A stretch of DNA of 64,000 nt from Camelus ferus (Eukaryota), in NCBI RefSeq assembly GCF_009834535.1, contig NC_045696.1, positions 57,290,001 to 57,354,000 of the forward strand, in the 5' to 3' direction. The notes under the pieces are model-generated. The model did no database searches. It was not told where the DNA came from and saw only the letters and a list, made by a program, of their open reading frames with translations. Both the position numbers and the translations under genes were made by a program. Of the stretch, positions 51,219 to 64,000 are shown one piece after another. Within the stretch, counting starts at the first letter, position 1. Each line of letters begins with the position of its first letter.

Positions 51219-52039
51219 CTGTGTTGGAAGGAGCAGTCATGAGAGCCCACTGTCAGCCCACTGGGAAGTGCTGTGGAAGAGAGGAGTCAGGGGGATGGGT
51301 GCAGGCTGATAGGGACCCGGGAAGAGAGCAGGGCTCGAGCATGGGTGAATAAAAGAGAAATGGTGTACCAAGCCACCTTTTGCAAGCTTTAATTCAACAT
51401 TGTTCACTCTTTTCCTCTCCTCCTTTACTTCCATTCCAAGATGAGAAGATCATTTCAATTTTCTCCCTTCTTCAAGGAAGGAGAAAGTATAGAGAGTGTA
51501 AGAAGAGACTTCCAGGGGGAAAAAGACAGATGCATATGAAACGTGTGCCTTTCCTTACTCCCAAATAAACACTTAGCAATGTCAGCTAAAGTACAAGAAT
51601 CTTTAAAAAAAAAAAAAAAAAGTGAATCTCAAAAGAAAAGAAGAAAAAAGTTCCTGGCTCCAGAAACAGATGAATCAAAATAGTAGATACAATGGTAATT
51701 ATGAGCTGACACAGAAAACCCAAGCCATTTTAAGTTCCAAATTACTGCCTAAGGATTAGGATTCTAGAGTCTGGGGTTCTACTTTCTATACAAGAATAGA
51801 CATAACACAGTGATAAGAAGAGCAGGAATTGAGACTCTGCCCACTCGTGTAAAGTTCTACTCATTTATCCAGGGAAATGCTGAGGAGAATTGCAGTTTGT
51901 TCAGCATGTGGAGAAGGAAATTTTACCTTTGAGGCTTGGTAACTCCACGCCTACACCCAAGTGTGTGGAATACAAAACTCCAATTTCATAATACTTATAT
52001 TATACAGGAATTCTAAGCTAAGAAATTAATTGAATACTG

Positions 52040-55000
52040 ATCTAGGAACATTTATACCACAGAAAAAGTAAGCATCAGAAAGACGGCATGAATATGAGAC
52101 AAAGTGGACCTCAAGACAAAATGCATTATAAGAGGCAGGAGAGACATAACACAATGATAGAGGACAACTCATCATTCATCAGGACTGTATATGCTGGTAG
52201 AAACCTATTAACAGAATTCGTACTTATGAAGCAAAGCAGAAAGGAAAACAGACAAATCTATGTTCATAGTTGAAAATTTTAACACTCTTCTCTCATTAGT
52301 AGAAAATTTGGACAAAAATAATCTAACATTATAGAAAACCCAAACAACATTATCAACAAGACCTAACTGACATTTACAGAATACTGCACCCCAAAACTGC
52401 ACAATACACATTTTTCTATGTAAATAGAACATTTACCAAGATAGACTATATACCTGTCATTCAAAAAGTCTCAAAACATTTCAAAAAATTGAAATATGAA
52501 ATATCATATTCTTTGATCACAATATCACTGTAGATCTTACAGAGGTTAAAACGAAAATAAGGGAATACTATAAATGAATCTAAGCCAATAAATTTGAAAA
52601 CATAGATAACATTGAAAAATAACTGGCTTCAGAAAAAATTGAAAGACCGGGTAGACCTATATCTATTTAAGAAATTGAACTCATAATGGAAAACAAAAAC
52701 CTCAGAGAAAAAAAATGGTCTGTTACTATCAAGATCCCCTAGAACTCAGCCAGAAATTTCTGAGAACTCAGCCAGAAATTTCTGAGAATTCAGCCAGAAT
52801 TCTGAGGCAGAATTTCTCTGATAGGAAACTTTCTCAACCCAGGGCATATAAAACTCCCATAAAACAAACATCCCTTTCCTTTCACTGAAATAAGTTTGTT
52901 AACAAAAGTTTCAAACCATCAAAGAAATAAATAACCATGAGGGAAAAAAGAATAATCAAACAGAAGAATTGGCAGCCCCAAGAACTGCAAATAATATAAT
53001 AATGTGAAAGAAATTATGAAATAAATATTCTTAAAGTAATTAAAGAGTTTAAAGAAAGGGAAAAAATGAAAGCAACAAGGCATTATGGAAAAAGAACCAG
53101 CAGATTTGCCATAAAATCAAAGGGAACTTGTACAAGTGAAAATATCTGAAAGAAAGTTAAAAATTTTTAGTGGACAGCTTAAATGGTAATTAAATATAGC
53201 TGAAGGGAGAATTAGAGAACTTAACAAAGATCCAAGGGAATTACCCAGAATGCAATACAGGGAGATAAAGAGAGAGAAATAGAGAAGAAAGATTAAGAGA
53301 CATCAAGAATGTAACTTATCAAAAGTTCTAGGATGCAGTGAAAGCAGTGCTTAGGCAGAAATTTATAGCATTGAATGCATCTATTAGAAAAGAAAAAAAG
53401 ATCTAAAATCAATCATTTAAGTTCCCACCTTAGGAAACTAGAAAAAAGAAGAGTAAATTAAATCCAAAGTCAGCAGAAGAATTAGAGCAAAAAAAAAAAA
53501 AAAAAAAAAAATCAATGAAATTAAAAACAAGAAGTGAATAGAGAAAAATCAAGGAAACCTAAAGCTTATTCTTTGAAAAAAATCAATAAAATAGATAAAC
53601 CTCTAGTCGGGCTAACTAAGAAAAAGAGAGAGAACATGAATTACTGATATCAGAAGTGAAAGAGGCTGCATCACTACAGAAGCCAATGAAATTAAAAGGA
53701 TAATAAAATGATACTATGAACAATTTTCTGTCCACAAATTTGGTAAAAATGGGCCAAATATCTTTACAAACATCTTACTGGAAGATACATATATGGCTAA
53801 TAAGTGTATAAAAAGATGCTCTACATCATGTATCATCAGCGAAATACAAATTAAAACAGGATGCCACTGTTTTAATTACACACCAATTAGAATGGCCAAA
53901 ATCCAGAACACTCACATCGCCAAGCACTTGTGAGGATGTGGAGCAACAGAAACTTTCATACATTGTTAATGAGAATGCAAAATGGTACAGCCACTTTGGA
54001 AGACAGTTTGGCAACTTCTTATAAAACTTAGTATACTCTTACTGTAGAATCCAACAATTGTACTCCCTGGTATTTACCCAAAGGAGTTGAAAATGTATGT
54101 CCACACACAAACTTGCCACAGATGTTTATAGCAGCTTTATTCATAGTTACCAAAACTTGGAAGCAACCAAGATGTACTTTAGTAGGTGAATGGATAAATA
54201 AATTGTGGTGTACCCAGATGAATAATATTTTGCACTAAAAAGAAGTTAGCTATCGAGCTTTGAAAAGATATGGAGTAAACTTAAATGCATATTACTAAGT
54301 GAAAGAAGCCAGTCTGGAAAACTTATGTGGTATATGATTCCAAACATATAAACTATCAAGACGAAAAAAATCAGTGGTTGCTAAGGGGTAGGGAAAATGA
54401 ACATGCAAGAGGATTTTTAGGGCACTGAAAATACTTTGTATGACATAATGATGGATATATGTCCCTATACTTTTGTTCAAACCCCAAGAACGTACAACAC
54501 CAAGAGTGAACCCTAAAGTAAACTATGGACTTCAGGTGATTTTGATGTGTCAGTGTAGAATTGTCCTTGGTTAAAAAAAAAAAAAAGATTTAAATAAAAA
54601 AAGAGTATCCTTATGGTCAATGATGTTGATAGTGGGGGAGGCTATACATGTAGAGGGGCAGTAGTGTATGGGAAATATCTGTACCTTCCTCTCAACTTTC
54701 TTACAAACCTAAAACTGCTCTACAAATATAAAGTCTCTTTAAAAGAGAGAGATTGAGAAGAGAATGAAAAGTTCAAATACATGTCTAACTTGAGTTTCAA
54801 AAGAAAGAATAAAAGAAGAGAGAGGAGAGGCAGTAGCCAAAGAAAAAATGCCTGATAACTTCCTACATTGAAAGTTATTTCTCAGGTTGAAGAGGAGAAA
54901 TAAGTCTCAGGTAGAATAATAAAAACAAATCCAACACCCAGACATAGCCTGATGATATTTCAGAATATCAGGACAAAAAGAAAACTTTTCATGAAAAAAA

Positions 55001-55900
55001 AAAAAAACAAAAAAAAATGGAGAGACAAGACATGTTACCTACAAAGGAATAATGATCAGACTAACCCAAGACAAATGCCAGAGATGATGGAACAGTATCT
55101 TCAACACGATGATGGGAAAATAACAATGAAGACTGGAGCAAAATATTTTTTTTAGACAAAGCCTGGGAATTCTTTCATAGACTCTCACTGAAATAATTAC
55201 CAAAGGATGTACTTTAGCAAGAAGGAAATAGAAGATTCAAGGAGGAAACAATGAAATACAGTAAACAATGATGAGCTAGGAAGTTGGTAAATATGTCGGT
55301 CAATTTAAATAAGCATTCACCTCATAATCAGAATGATTAATTTTTGTGAGGTTTAAAAACAAACACGTGGAACCAATATACTGGACAACAAATTGGTACA
55401 AAGACTCTATGATGTAGAAGGAATATAATTAAGTTATTCTACATTTTTGCTGTATTAGGAAGAGCTAGTGATTGATTTTAAATTTAAGTCAAAGAGGAAT
55501 ATTAAAACCTAGGGATAACTTCCTAACATAAAGGAGGATAATACCTTATTTTCAATCCATTAGAGGGGAAAGGGGACTAAAGAAAACTTGACCAGTCTCA
55601 TAGAAAATGATAAAAGAGAAAGAAGCAAGTATATGCTTGGATTTAAAGAGAAATAACAGACACTAACTAATATATATATATAAAATAGATAAACAAGTTC
55701 ATACTGTATAGCACAGGGGACTATAGTCAATATCTTATAGTAACTTATGGTGGAAAAGAATATGAAAATGAATATCTGTATGTTCATGTATGACTGAAGC
55801 ATTGTGCTGTCCAGAAATCAACACCACATTGTAAACTGACTGTACTTCAATAAAAATATGTATACAAAAAAAAAACACCAAAAACAAAACAAAACAAAGA
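52040..55900 (+). mobile_element. LINE-1 cluster in HCLS1 intron 6, with a younger L1 3' end at ~55655-55897
   Basis: ORF2-like and 3' UTR L1 motifs (gcagctttattcatagttaccaaaacttggaagcaaccaagatg; cattgtaaactgactgtacttcaataaaaa). Confidence 0.75.
52741..52804. repeat. 22-bp tandem repeat, ~3 copies
   Basis: agaactcagccagaaatttctg x2 plus a degenerate third copy. Confidence 0.9.
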
Positions 55901-56035
55901 GAAAAGAAGATAAAAAGAAATAAAATAGTGGTCAACAGGGTCATGGAACTAAAGGGAGTGGATGACAGCTGCTGGAGTTGAAGTCTGAGCAGTCTGGTCA
56001 GTCACGTTGCTAAGGCTGAAGTGCAGGGTCCTTGC

Positions 56036-56090
56036 CTTTCTGAGATGTGTGTTTCTCCACTTCTCCTTTGTAATCAAAGCCAACTGCTGA
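56036..56090 (-). CDS. HCLS1: HCLS1 exon 6 (SAVGFDYKGEVEKHTSQK)
   Basis: 55 nt, phase 0-1; acceptor ctgtag; donor aag|gcaagg (GC). Confidence 0.92.
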
Positions 56091-57930
56091 CTACAGGGAC
56101 AAGGAGAGAGAATTGGTTAGAGTCAGAGCTGGCCGTTTTTCCCCTCCCTCACTTACCCTTACACTTAGCCCAGTGGTTAGTTACAGGGGCTCAGAGCTGA
56201 GAACGGAGTTTAATACAGAAACAGCAGTACACTGAGAGGCTGTTATAGAGGCAGAATACGCCAGAGCAGTGAACATGGGCTCTGGGCACAGACAGCTCTG
56301 GATCCAAACCCCAGCGCCACCTTCCCTATCTATAGTTGTACAATGTTAGGTAGGTCCTTTAATGTTACTGAGCCTCAGGCTCCTCAAATATGGATTGAAA
56401 ATAGGTATACCTGCCCTATTAACCTCACCTCTGAAATGGGAGAGATGATTCCACTTAATCTGGGACATTGTGAGGACTAAATGTGGCAAGATATTTATGG
56501 TGTGGGTCACCAGTAAATTAATGCTTTTCTTCCTAATTCTCACAAAAGTAGAATGAAATAAGAGCTAGGAAAATGCCTTGTGAACCATAAAGCACTATGC
56601 ACCTGTGAGAGCTATCATGCTGTACTGAATTGATTATACTGTGCTTCTCCTCTTTTTCCACACAGCAGTGGAAACCCAGAGATGTGGGTTTCAATGGGAT
56701 GAGAAGCAACCAGGCAAGTCTGGATCCTAGCTGCTTCAGGACTGGCTACATTGGACAATACCTAACTACCACATAACTGTGCCCCCATCTAGCTGAGTAA
56801 GTATGAGTCTCTAAGCAAGTCTAGATTTTGCATCTTAAGAGCTATTAGTATATACTGTTTCTTGATTTACATGACACACTGATTGTTAAGGTGATTCAGT
56901 TTGTCCCTGGTGAGGCAGGAGATGAAAGAAAACAATGAAAGACTGGACAAAGGCAGGAGGGGGACCAAGATGGAAGGGAAATTTCATCCTGATTAGAGAA
57001 CATTACATGTTCCATATTCCATTTCTGCTTTTAAAAATTACTCTGTGTTTTTCCTTTCTCTCACAGTATGTTTTGAATTTTTCTGTTTTTTTTTTAAATT
57101 CCCTTACAATGCAAATAACACTCTAACACTTAACTTTTAGGATTCAGGCCCACTTATTAATGACTACAGGTGAAAAAAAAAATCTCAGCTAGCTGTGAAG
57201 GAGATGTCCTTTCTGTGTGCAGCTGCAGGGGAAGAGACACTACTCTGTACCATAAAAAAAAAAAAAAAAAAAAAGAGCTCAGAGAATCCGATCTCCTAAG
57301 GTGTGAAAATGAGATCATCAATGAGTTATCAGTGGTACTCTCCTGACCACTGTATCATCCATAATCATGCTGTCCTTTTTTCCTCTCTCTCTTTAAGATA
57401 CTTTTTTGACAAAGGAGTAGAAAACACCTGGACTTCAGGGAGTTGGGGCTAAATCCTGTGAAAAGTAACCTCCACCTTCTAAAAATGTTGTAACCTCAGT
57501 TAGTTGTTTTACTTGATTATTTACTGCCATTGGAATAATAATTAAGCTGACATCTCTGTTTTCCTGAAAGGCATAAATATTTATAAGGTTTTGATGTTTG
57601 ACCAAAGGAGGAGTTTTAGAATTTCCCTTACTCTCTTCATGCATACAGGTATGATAAAACCAATGGCTTAGGGATTCTTTTTTCAAACAGAGTTTGAGAA
57701 TCTTTGTCTTATTTAAATTAACACCTTTCAGTTCAACACATGGCCTCCAATCCTGGTACCAAGGAACTTGCTGAGGGAGGTGTAGGAGCTTTCCTCGTGA
57801 TGGACCCTCCTCAAGTCCACTGCCTGCCTGGTCTTTCCACAGGAGAAGCATAGACCCACATTCAAGGGTGAGGGTTGGTAAGTCCCACTTGATCTGAATT
57901 GGGTGGTGCAGGGACAGAGTTGTCACTTAC

Positions 57931-58041
57931 CTTGTCTGCTCTGTCCTTCTCAACTCCGTATTTGCCCCCAAAGCCTCTGGCAGCATCAGTCTGAGAAGAG
58001 TGCTTCTCTACCTCAGCAACGTATTCATGGCCCAAAGCACT
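57931..58041 (-). CDS. HCLS1: HCLS1 exon 5 (SALGHEYVAEVEKHSSQTDAARGFGGKYGVEKDRADK)
   Basis: 111 nt HS1 repeat, cag/gtaagt. Confidence 0.95.
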
Positions 58042-58933
58042 CTGAGAAAAATCAAGGTCAGAATGAGTAAGGAGATAAAATGACCACACACACACACACA
58101 AAAAAAAATTGATGAAGAGAAGGATGAGATGTGAGAATACAAGAAATTCCATTATGGGTCAGATTGCTAACCTCTGACAGTAGTGCCAAGGAATGTGTGA
58201 TGGGAGGGCAATGTGATTATTTCTGAAGCCTTGCCCATCCTGATTCTTCTTTAATACCACTAGGAACCCATCATTTTGGAAACTCCCATAGGATGGGTTG
58301 AGAACCAGAAGGATAGAGACTAAGTAGACAGATCAGTGTTTAAACCAGAAACAAAAAGGCTTTGTGCATCAAAATGGAAATGAGGGTAGTTATTGTGGAG
58401 GGACCAGATGTAGATGCCATAGCCGGGACTGAGTATTTCACTCACAGAGCCAGGTGCTCTTGTTCTGATCTTTGCTCCTGTATGACCATCAAAGTTCAGA
58501 AGTGCTACCTGAGCCCTGATTAAGAGTGACTGACTCTTTATGCTGAAGGGTGTTGGCGGACAATACTGTGAGTATTCTCAGATGGAATATTACTTAATTC
58601 TTTTCTATTCCCCTCCACTTTTTCCTCCATCTACTATTTTCTACTTAGTTTTCAAAGGTATGACTCAATATTTAGATATGGATACTTTAATAATCATGGA
58701 ATTGAATAATACTTTGAATCAAATAATGATACCTTGTAGGCTCTCAACTAAGAAGAAATCAGAAAGTTTCTTTTTCCTCCTGTATTTCCAATTCTATGTT
58801 GGGATAAATATCAGTACAGATGTTGAGGTGAGGCACTGCCCTATATGAGCTCCTGGGAAGTCATTTTGCAGTATTTTGGGGTCTGTGTAGGTCAATGTTG
58901 CTTGCTAAATTCAAGAATGAATGACTAAGGGTT

Positions 58934-59032
58934 GGGGGAGAGGGTGTAGCTCCATGGTAGGGCATGTGCTTACCATGCATGAGGTCCTGGGTTCAATCCC
59001 CAGTACCCCCATTAAAAACAAAAGTTAAAAAA
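58934..59032 (+). mobile_element. Vic-1-like SINE
   Basis: gggtgtagctccatggtag...gaggtcctgggttcaatccccagtacc plus A tail. Confidence 0.85.
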
Positions 59033-59781
59033 GAAGAGAATGAATGACTGCTTATCTTTTTCACTTTTTCCTAGGAATTCTGCGGGAGAATACAATGCCT
59101 GCACCACACTATACACAATGATAAAACAAAACAAAACTTTAGTTCTTGAGGGTGAACTAAAGGCTTTCACTGAAATTTCTTTCTCCTCGGAAATTAAACA
59201 TTTTTTCTTGTAGAAATAGATATTTATCTCTGAGGTTAGGAAAGTCAGTGGAAAATCTGATTCAATATGCAAGCATCTTTTATCATAATTTTATAGTTTC
59301 TAATGGAGTAAGTTAAAATAATATTCATATTTGAGGGTATCTGGTGGATAAATTCACATCAATATTTTTCATACCTATGTGCAAATCACATAAGCTTTAT
59401 ATAAAATAGGTACAAAAAGAACACTAAATATACAGTGAAGAAAACAATAAGAGAATTTACAGCATAGACAATATGCATATATTTAGGAGCAGTAAATGAT
59501 TTTAAAACATATTTTTCCTTCTCTACTTGTGCTCCCTGTCTCCTTAGTCTAGGAGTTACAATGTGGCGGGACCTACAATAGGCCAGTCCTTCTAAAGTCT
59601 TGGCTCCCATTTTCCCCCATCTATATCTTACGTGTTGTAATCAAGGAAAAAATGATACAAATAATATGTGGACATTCTATTTTAAAACCCAAATGAATAT
59701 TTCACTTTTGAACAGGTTTTAAACCACAAAACCAACAAATGACTCTTCTTATTTTAAGCAAATATCCCCCTTGCAACTCAC

Positions 59782-59911
59782 CTTGTCCATGCGGTCCCTT
59801 TCCACCCCAAACCGACCTCCGTAGCCATGGGATGCTTTGGGCCCTGATTCCATCTCCTTTTTCTTGAGAATATCATGTTCCTCTGACACTTTGTTCCTCA
59901 GTTGGTGGATG
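59782..59911 (-). CDS. HCLS1: HCLS1 exon 4 ([43 protein letters not shown]); earlier exons not found in the window
   Basis: 130 nt, phase 2-0, cag/gtgagt; exon numbering follows recalled human structure. Confidence 0.95.
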
Positions 59912-62034
59912 CTGGAAATAACCACACCACAGAGACTCACTGGCACAGGGAAGTCAAGCCTCCTTCCCAGAAAAATAGAAATATTGAAATGTGTTCTGTT
60001 TATTTTTAGTAATAACCTCCGCACCCAAAGTATACCAGTGCTGGGTCTGGGAGTAAGGGGTCCGTGTGGTCTGCATATAGAACCTGATATAAACTCTCCA
60101 TAAGATAACTGCATTTCTTCTAGTCTATTATTTTGCTCAGTAAATAACCTTCCTGCAATTTAGTCCTATTTTTCATGTTCTTAAATATTAGAGGACAGTG
60201 ATATCTATATTCTAGTAACTGAAAAGTTGTTTTTCTCTCTGAATGGATTTGCTGTCTAGCAAGTAAGTACTCTACCTCAAGAAGCACAAAGATATTCATA
60301 TACTGTTTACCCACACACGCTTGTCCTATAAGTCTGCCCCAAGAAAATAACTTTAAATATGGCAAAGCTTAATGGCTAATGATATACATGAACTACTGTA
60401 TTTAATAGCAAGAAATAAGAAATAATTTATATGGCAGAAAATTGGGTAATAGTTAAGTAAATTGCAATATTACCTTTCAGTGGCACACTAGGAAATCATT
60501 AAAAATGATGATTGTGAAAAATGTAGCATTGGAAAATTTGTCTGTACATTAAGTATTTTGTGTATTTTCTTGTCAAAAATGAATGTCCTTTACCCTACCC
60601 CTAAATCTGATAATTCCTGAGAGAACTAATAAAACTAAAAAAAACTCACTAATAAAATTCACTCTCATCGCTAATTGTTGAAACACTTTAAGGCCCAAGT
60701 AAACTTGATTTGGGAAACCTCTATCCCTAAGAAAATGTAATACCAGAAAGGGGCATTTCCCTTCTTACTTCACTTTCACCTTTACCACACGGGTAGGGAG
60801 CATATCTGTTTGTCCTGAAGGTATGAAGTGACAGCTCAGCACCAACACTAGCACCAGTAATGACAATCAGGACTGATACTGGGCACATACAAGAACAGCC
60901 GGGAATTCTTAGAAATACCTGGGCAAGAAAATCCTACCAAAAAAAAAAAAAAAAAAATCTGGCTTCTGGCAGCAAGAGATGGAGGTTTAGGGAACTGAGA
61001 TAGTGGTATCACTGAGACTTCACTAGCTCAGGAAAACAAGATATATTGGTTATAGCTAGAATGTCCATCTCACAGCAGAAATTCCCCTCTTTCATGGACG
61101 AATAGATCCATCTGGTGGCCTTCTAGTAGGAGCCCAACAAAGGTCTTTTTAAAAAGCCTACTCAGCTTTAGTTAAAGTTAATTTTAGAAAGCTGGCTTTG
61201 AACCAGATGAAATGAAGCTAAGAGCTGGAAGAACCCTCTGTTCCCGTGCCTGCTCTAAACCCTCTGGCAGCAGTGAGGGCAGAGACTCCGTGTTGCTAGT
61301 TTGACTACACTGACCCTTTAGATCTGTCTGTGTCAAAAATTTACTGGTTCCAAGAACAAGTAAATGACCAGTATATCCCAATCAAAGTATTCAGATGAAG
61401 AATAAAGAAGATGGGGCTAAATGTTACTTTCAAATGGGAAAAATCTGTAAAGTTTTAATAAATCCAATGACAGTTACCTGGGTGATAAATATTTTATAGT
61501 TGAAACAAGTTTTTGAAAGGGATAAGAAAATGAGATTCAGGAATAGCCACTTAATAGATGACAGCAAGGCTAGTCAGAGAATCATGCCAGTAGATAATAT
61601 AATATGAATAAAAATGTTGGGGCCAACAAAGACCAACTTCTTATCCAATTATTTGGAATATAGCTGAAGCCACTCTAAATATGTGTTAGTTATATTATTC
61701 CTTTATTAAATAAATATTAATTAAACTTTTGAGTATGAGGTGCTATTAGGCTCTGAGGACACAAAGGTAATTCATGTATGACAACAGTGATCAGGTGGAA
61801 GATATAGAGAGGAAAACAAAAAATCATAATTCAATGCCCTAATTGGCAGTCCTAAGAAAGTTTTGACACATTAACTCTCAGATGCCTATTTTAAGTTTTA
61901 AAATAACTTAGAATTGATAAAGCAATACAGTTTATAGAAACCAAGTGAAATCCAGGAACTTAAAGATGAACTGAGAAAAGGAACGGATTTTTTTTATCAC
62001 AAAAGTACAAGTGCAAAGGTGAGCGACTCAGACT

Positions 62035-63775
62035 GTAAGAGTTTATTCACAGACGAAATGATTGTAGATGTAGAAAATCCTAAAGAATCTACAAAAATGT
62101 ACTATTGGAACTATTAATTACATTTGGCAAGGTCCTAGGAGACAACATCACTATCAAAATTAATTTTATTTCTACATGCTAGCCACAGACATTTGTAAAT
62201 TTAAAGTTAAAAATAAATACCACTTACCATTACATGAAATAACACGAGATATTTTAGCATCAATTTAACAAAATATGTGCAAGACCTGAACACAGAAAAA
62301 CATTTCTGAAAAAATTAAAGAAGACCTAAATAAATGGAGAGATAACCCATATTCATGGATTGGAAAACTCAAGATCATTAAGATATCAGTTCTCTCCAAA
62401 ATGATCTATAAATCTATAAATGATCTATAAACCCCAATAAAATACCAATGGGCATTTTTATAGCGATTGACTAGCTAATTCTAAAATGTATTTGCAAATG
62501 TAAAGTCTTAGAAGAGTAAAAATAAATTTTTTTTCAAATGGAGAGCAAAGTTGAAGTGCAGTATGGTATGGGTCAGAGCAGACATGTAAGTTAATCAAAT
62601 AGTCTAGAAATAGACCCACAAGTATATGGTCAAAGATGTGAGGTCAGTCAATGGGGAAAGAATAGGCTTTTAATGGTGTTGGAATAATGAAATATCCATA
62701 TGCAAAAAAATGAAGCTCAGTCTGTGCCTCATACTCTACACAAAAGCTAATCTGAAATAGATCATAGACTTAAATATAAATGTTGAAACTATAAACCTTT
62801 AGAGTAAAACATAGGAAAAAAACTTCACAATTTTGAAATAGGTAAAATTTTCTTAGACATATACAACACTAACCACAAAAATTTTGATAAAGTAGACTTC
62901 ATTATAATTAATATCTTCTGGTTTCCAAAAGATGCCATTAATAAAATAAAGCCAAGTTATGCTCTGGAAGAAAATATTTGTAAAATAAATATCTCTCAAA
63001 AGACTTGTATCCAGAAAATATAAAAACTCAATATATATATTGAGTTCTTAAAACCCAATAAGAATACAAACCACTCACTTTAAAAGTGAGAAAAGAGTTG
63101 AATAGACACTTCAAAATTAAGATATATGAAGATACATGAATGGCATATAAAAAGATGTTCAATAAAATTAGTCAGCAGAAAATACAAATTAAAACCACCA
63201 CACACTCAGAAGAATGGTTAAAATTAAAAAGAGTAACAATACCAAGTGTAGACAAAGACTTGGAGCAATTGAAACCCAAACATTATTGGTAGGAAAGAAA
63301 AATGGTAAATTCCTTTCAGAAAACAGTTTAGCAGGTTCTTAAAAGGTTATAACACTTATATGACTTGGGAATTCTACTACTCTTAGGTTTTTCCCAAGAG
63401 AAATAAAAGTGTACGTTAATGAAAAGATTTGGACCCAAATGTTCATGATAGCTTTATTTGTAATAGCCCCAAATTGTCAACAACCCAAATGTTCATTAAG
63501 AGAGTAATAAACCAAACTGTAGTTTATCTGTACAATGAGATACTACCTGACAATAAGAAGGAGCAAAGGACTGATACACACAAGACCATGAACAGATCTC
63601 AAAACTACCACGCCGAGTGAAAGAGGACAGACACAAAGGACTACATTCTATATTATTCCATGTATATGAAATTCTAGGACAGGCAAAACTAATCTGTAGT
63701 GACAAGGAGCAGATCAGTGTTTACATCCGGCCAGGTCTGGGGGTGGGGTCTTGACTGTAAAGAGGCACATGAGCA
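62035..63775 (+). mobile_element. Old LINE-1 ORF2/3' UTR fragment
   Basis: aaagaagacctaaataaatggagagataacccatattcatggattggaaaactcaa and other ORF2 motifs, heavily disrupted. Confidence 0.8.
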
Positions 63776-64000
63776 CGAGTAAGAGTGTTGAGAAGAAGAT
63801 GGAGAAAAGGGCAACAGCCCTTGAAAACCAGGCAGTCCCGAAGAAACACTAGGCTGCTTGGAGCTGCCTGGCCCAGGACTCCTCTCTACAATAGATGAGG
63901 GATGGACAGAATCCTTTCAACCAGTCACTGAATTACCAAACCACTCCCCAAACTAAATATGTTTCAGGCAGACCTAAAAAAGAAAGATCGTGGTGTGGGG

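Noticed and set aside
52741..52804. Short direct repeats as a CRISPR-like array
   Set aside because: No spacers; ordinary mammalian minisatellite
63025..63046. 22-bp perfect palindrome aactcaatatatatattgagtt
   Set aside because: Inside decayed L1, centred on an (AT)n run; likely chance or a repair scar

Overview
Mammalian genomic DNA, almost certainly a camelid (camel/alpaca/llama), judging by many copies of the tRNA-derived Vic-1-type SINE. The window holds the conserved ARGFX - FBXO40 - HCLS1 block. (1) ARGFX (+), an embryo-activation ETCHbox homeobox gene mostly invisible in the ORF track: probable non-coding exon ending 12569 and coding exons 14197/14212-14314, 19507-19655 and 20427-20834. 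The R50 homeodomain is intact, but the CRX-like C-terminal tail is stranded out of frame behind a frameshift and a stop. (2) FBXO40 (+), complete, 710 aa, with a GC-AG last intron. (3) HCLS1/HS1 (-), exons 4-14, with a GC donor, a 10-unit Pro-Glu repeat and a 17-bp duplication that copies a splice donor. Also present: a decayed RAP1B retrocopy in an ARGFX intron, two solo LTRs with target-site duplications (TSDs), a TSD-flanked chimeric retro-insertion in an HCLS1 intron, and many L1/L2/MER/MLT fragments. Gene and repeat names come from recalled sequences, not database searches. No new multi-gene system is evident; the novelty is in lineage-specific changes to known genes.
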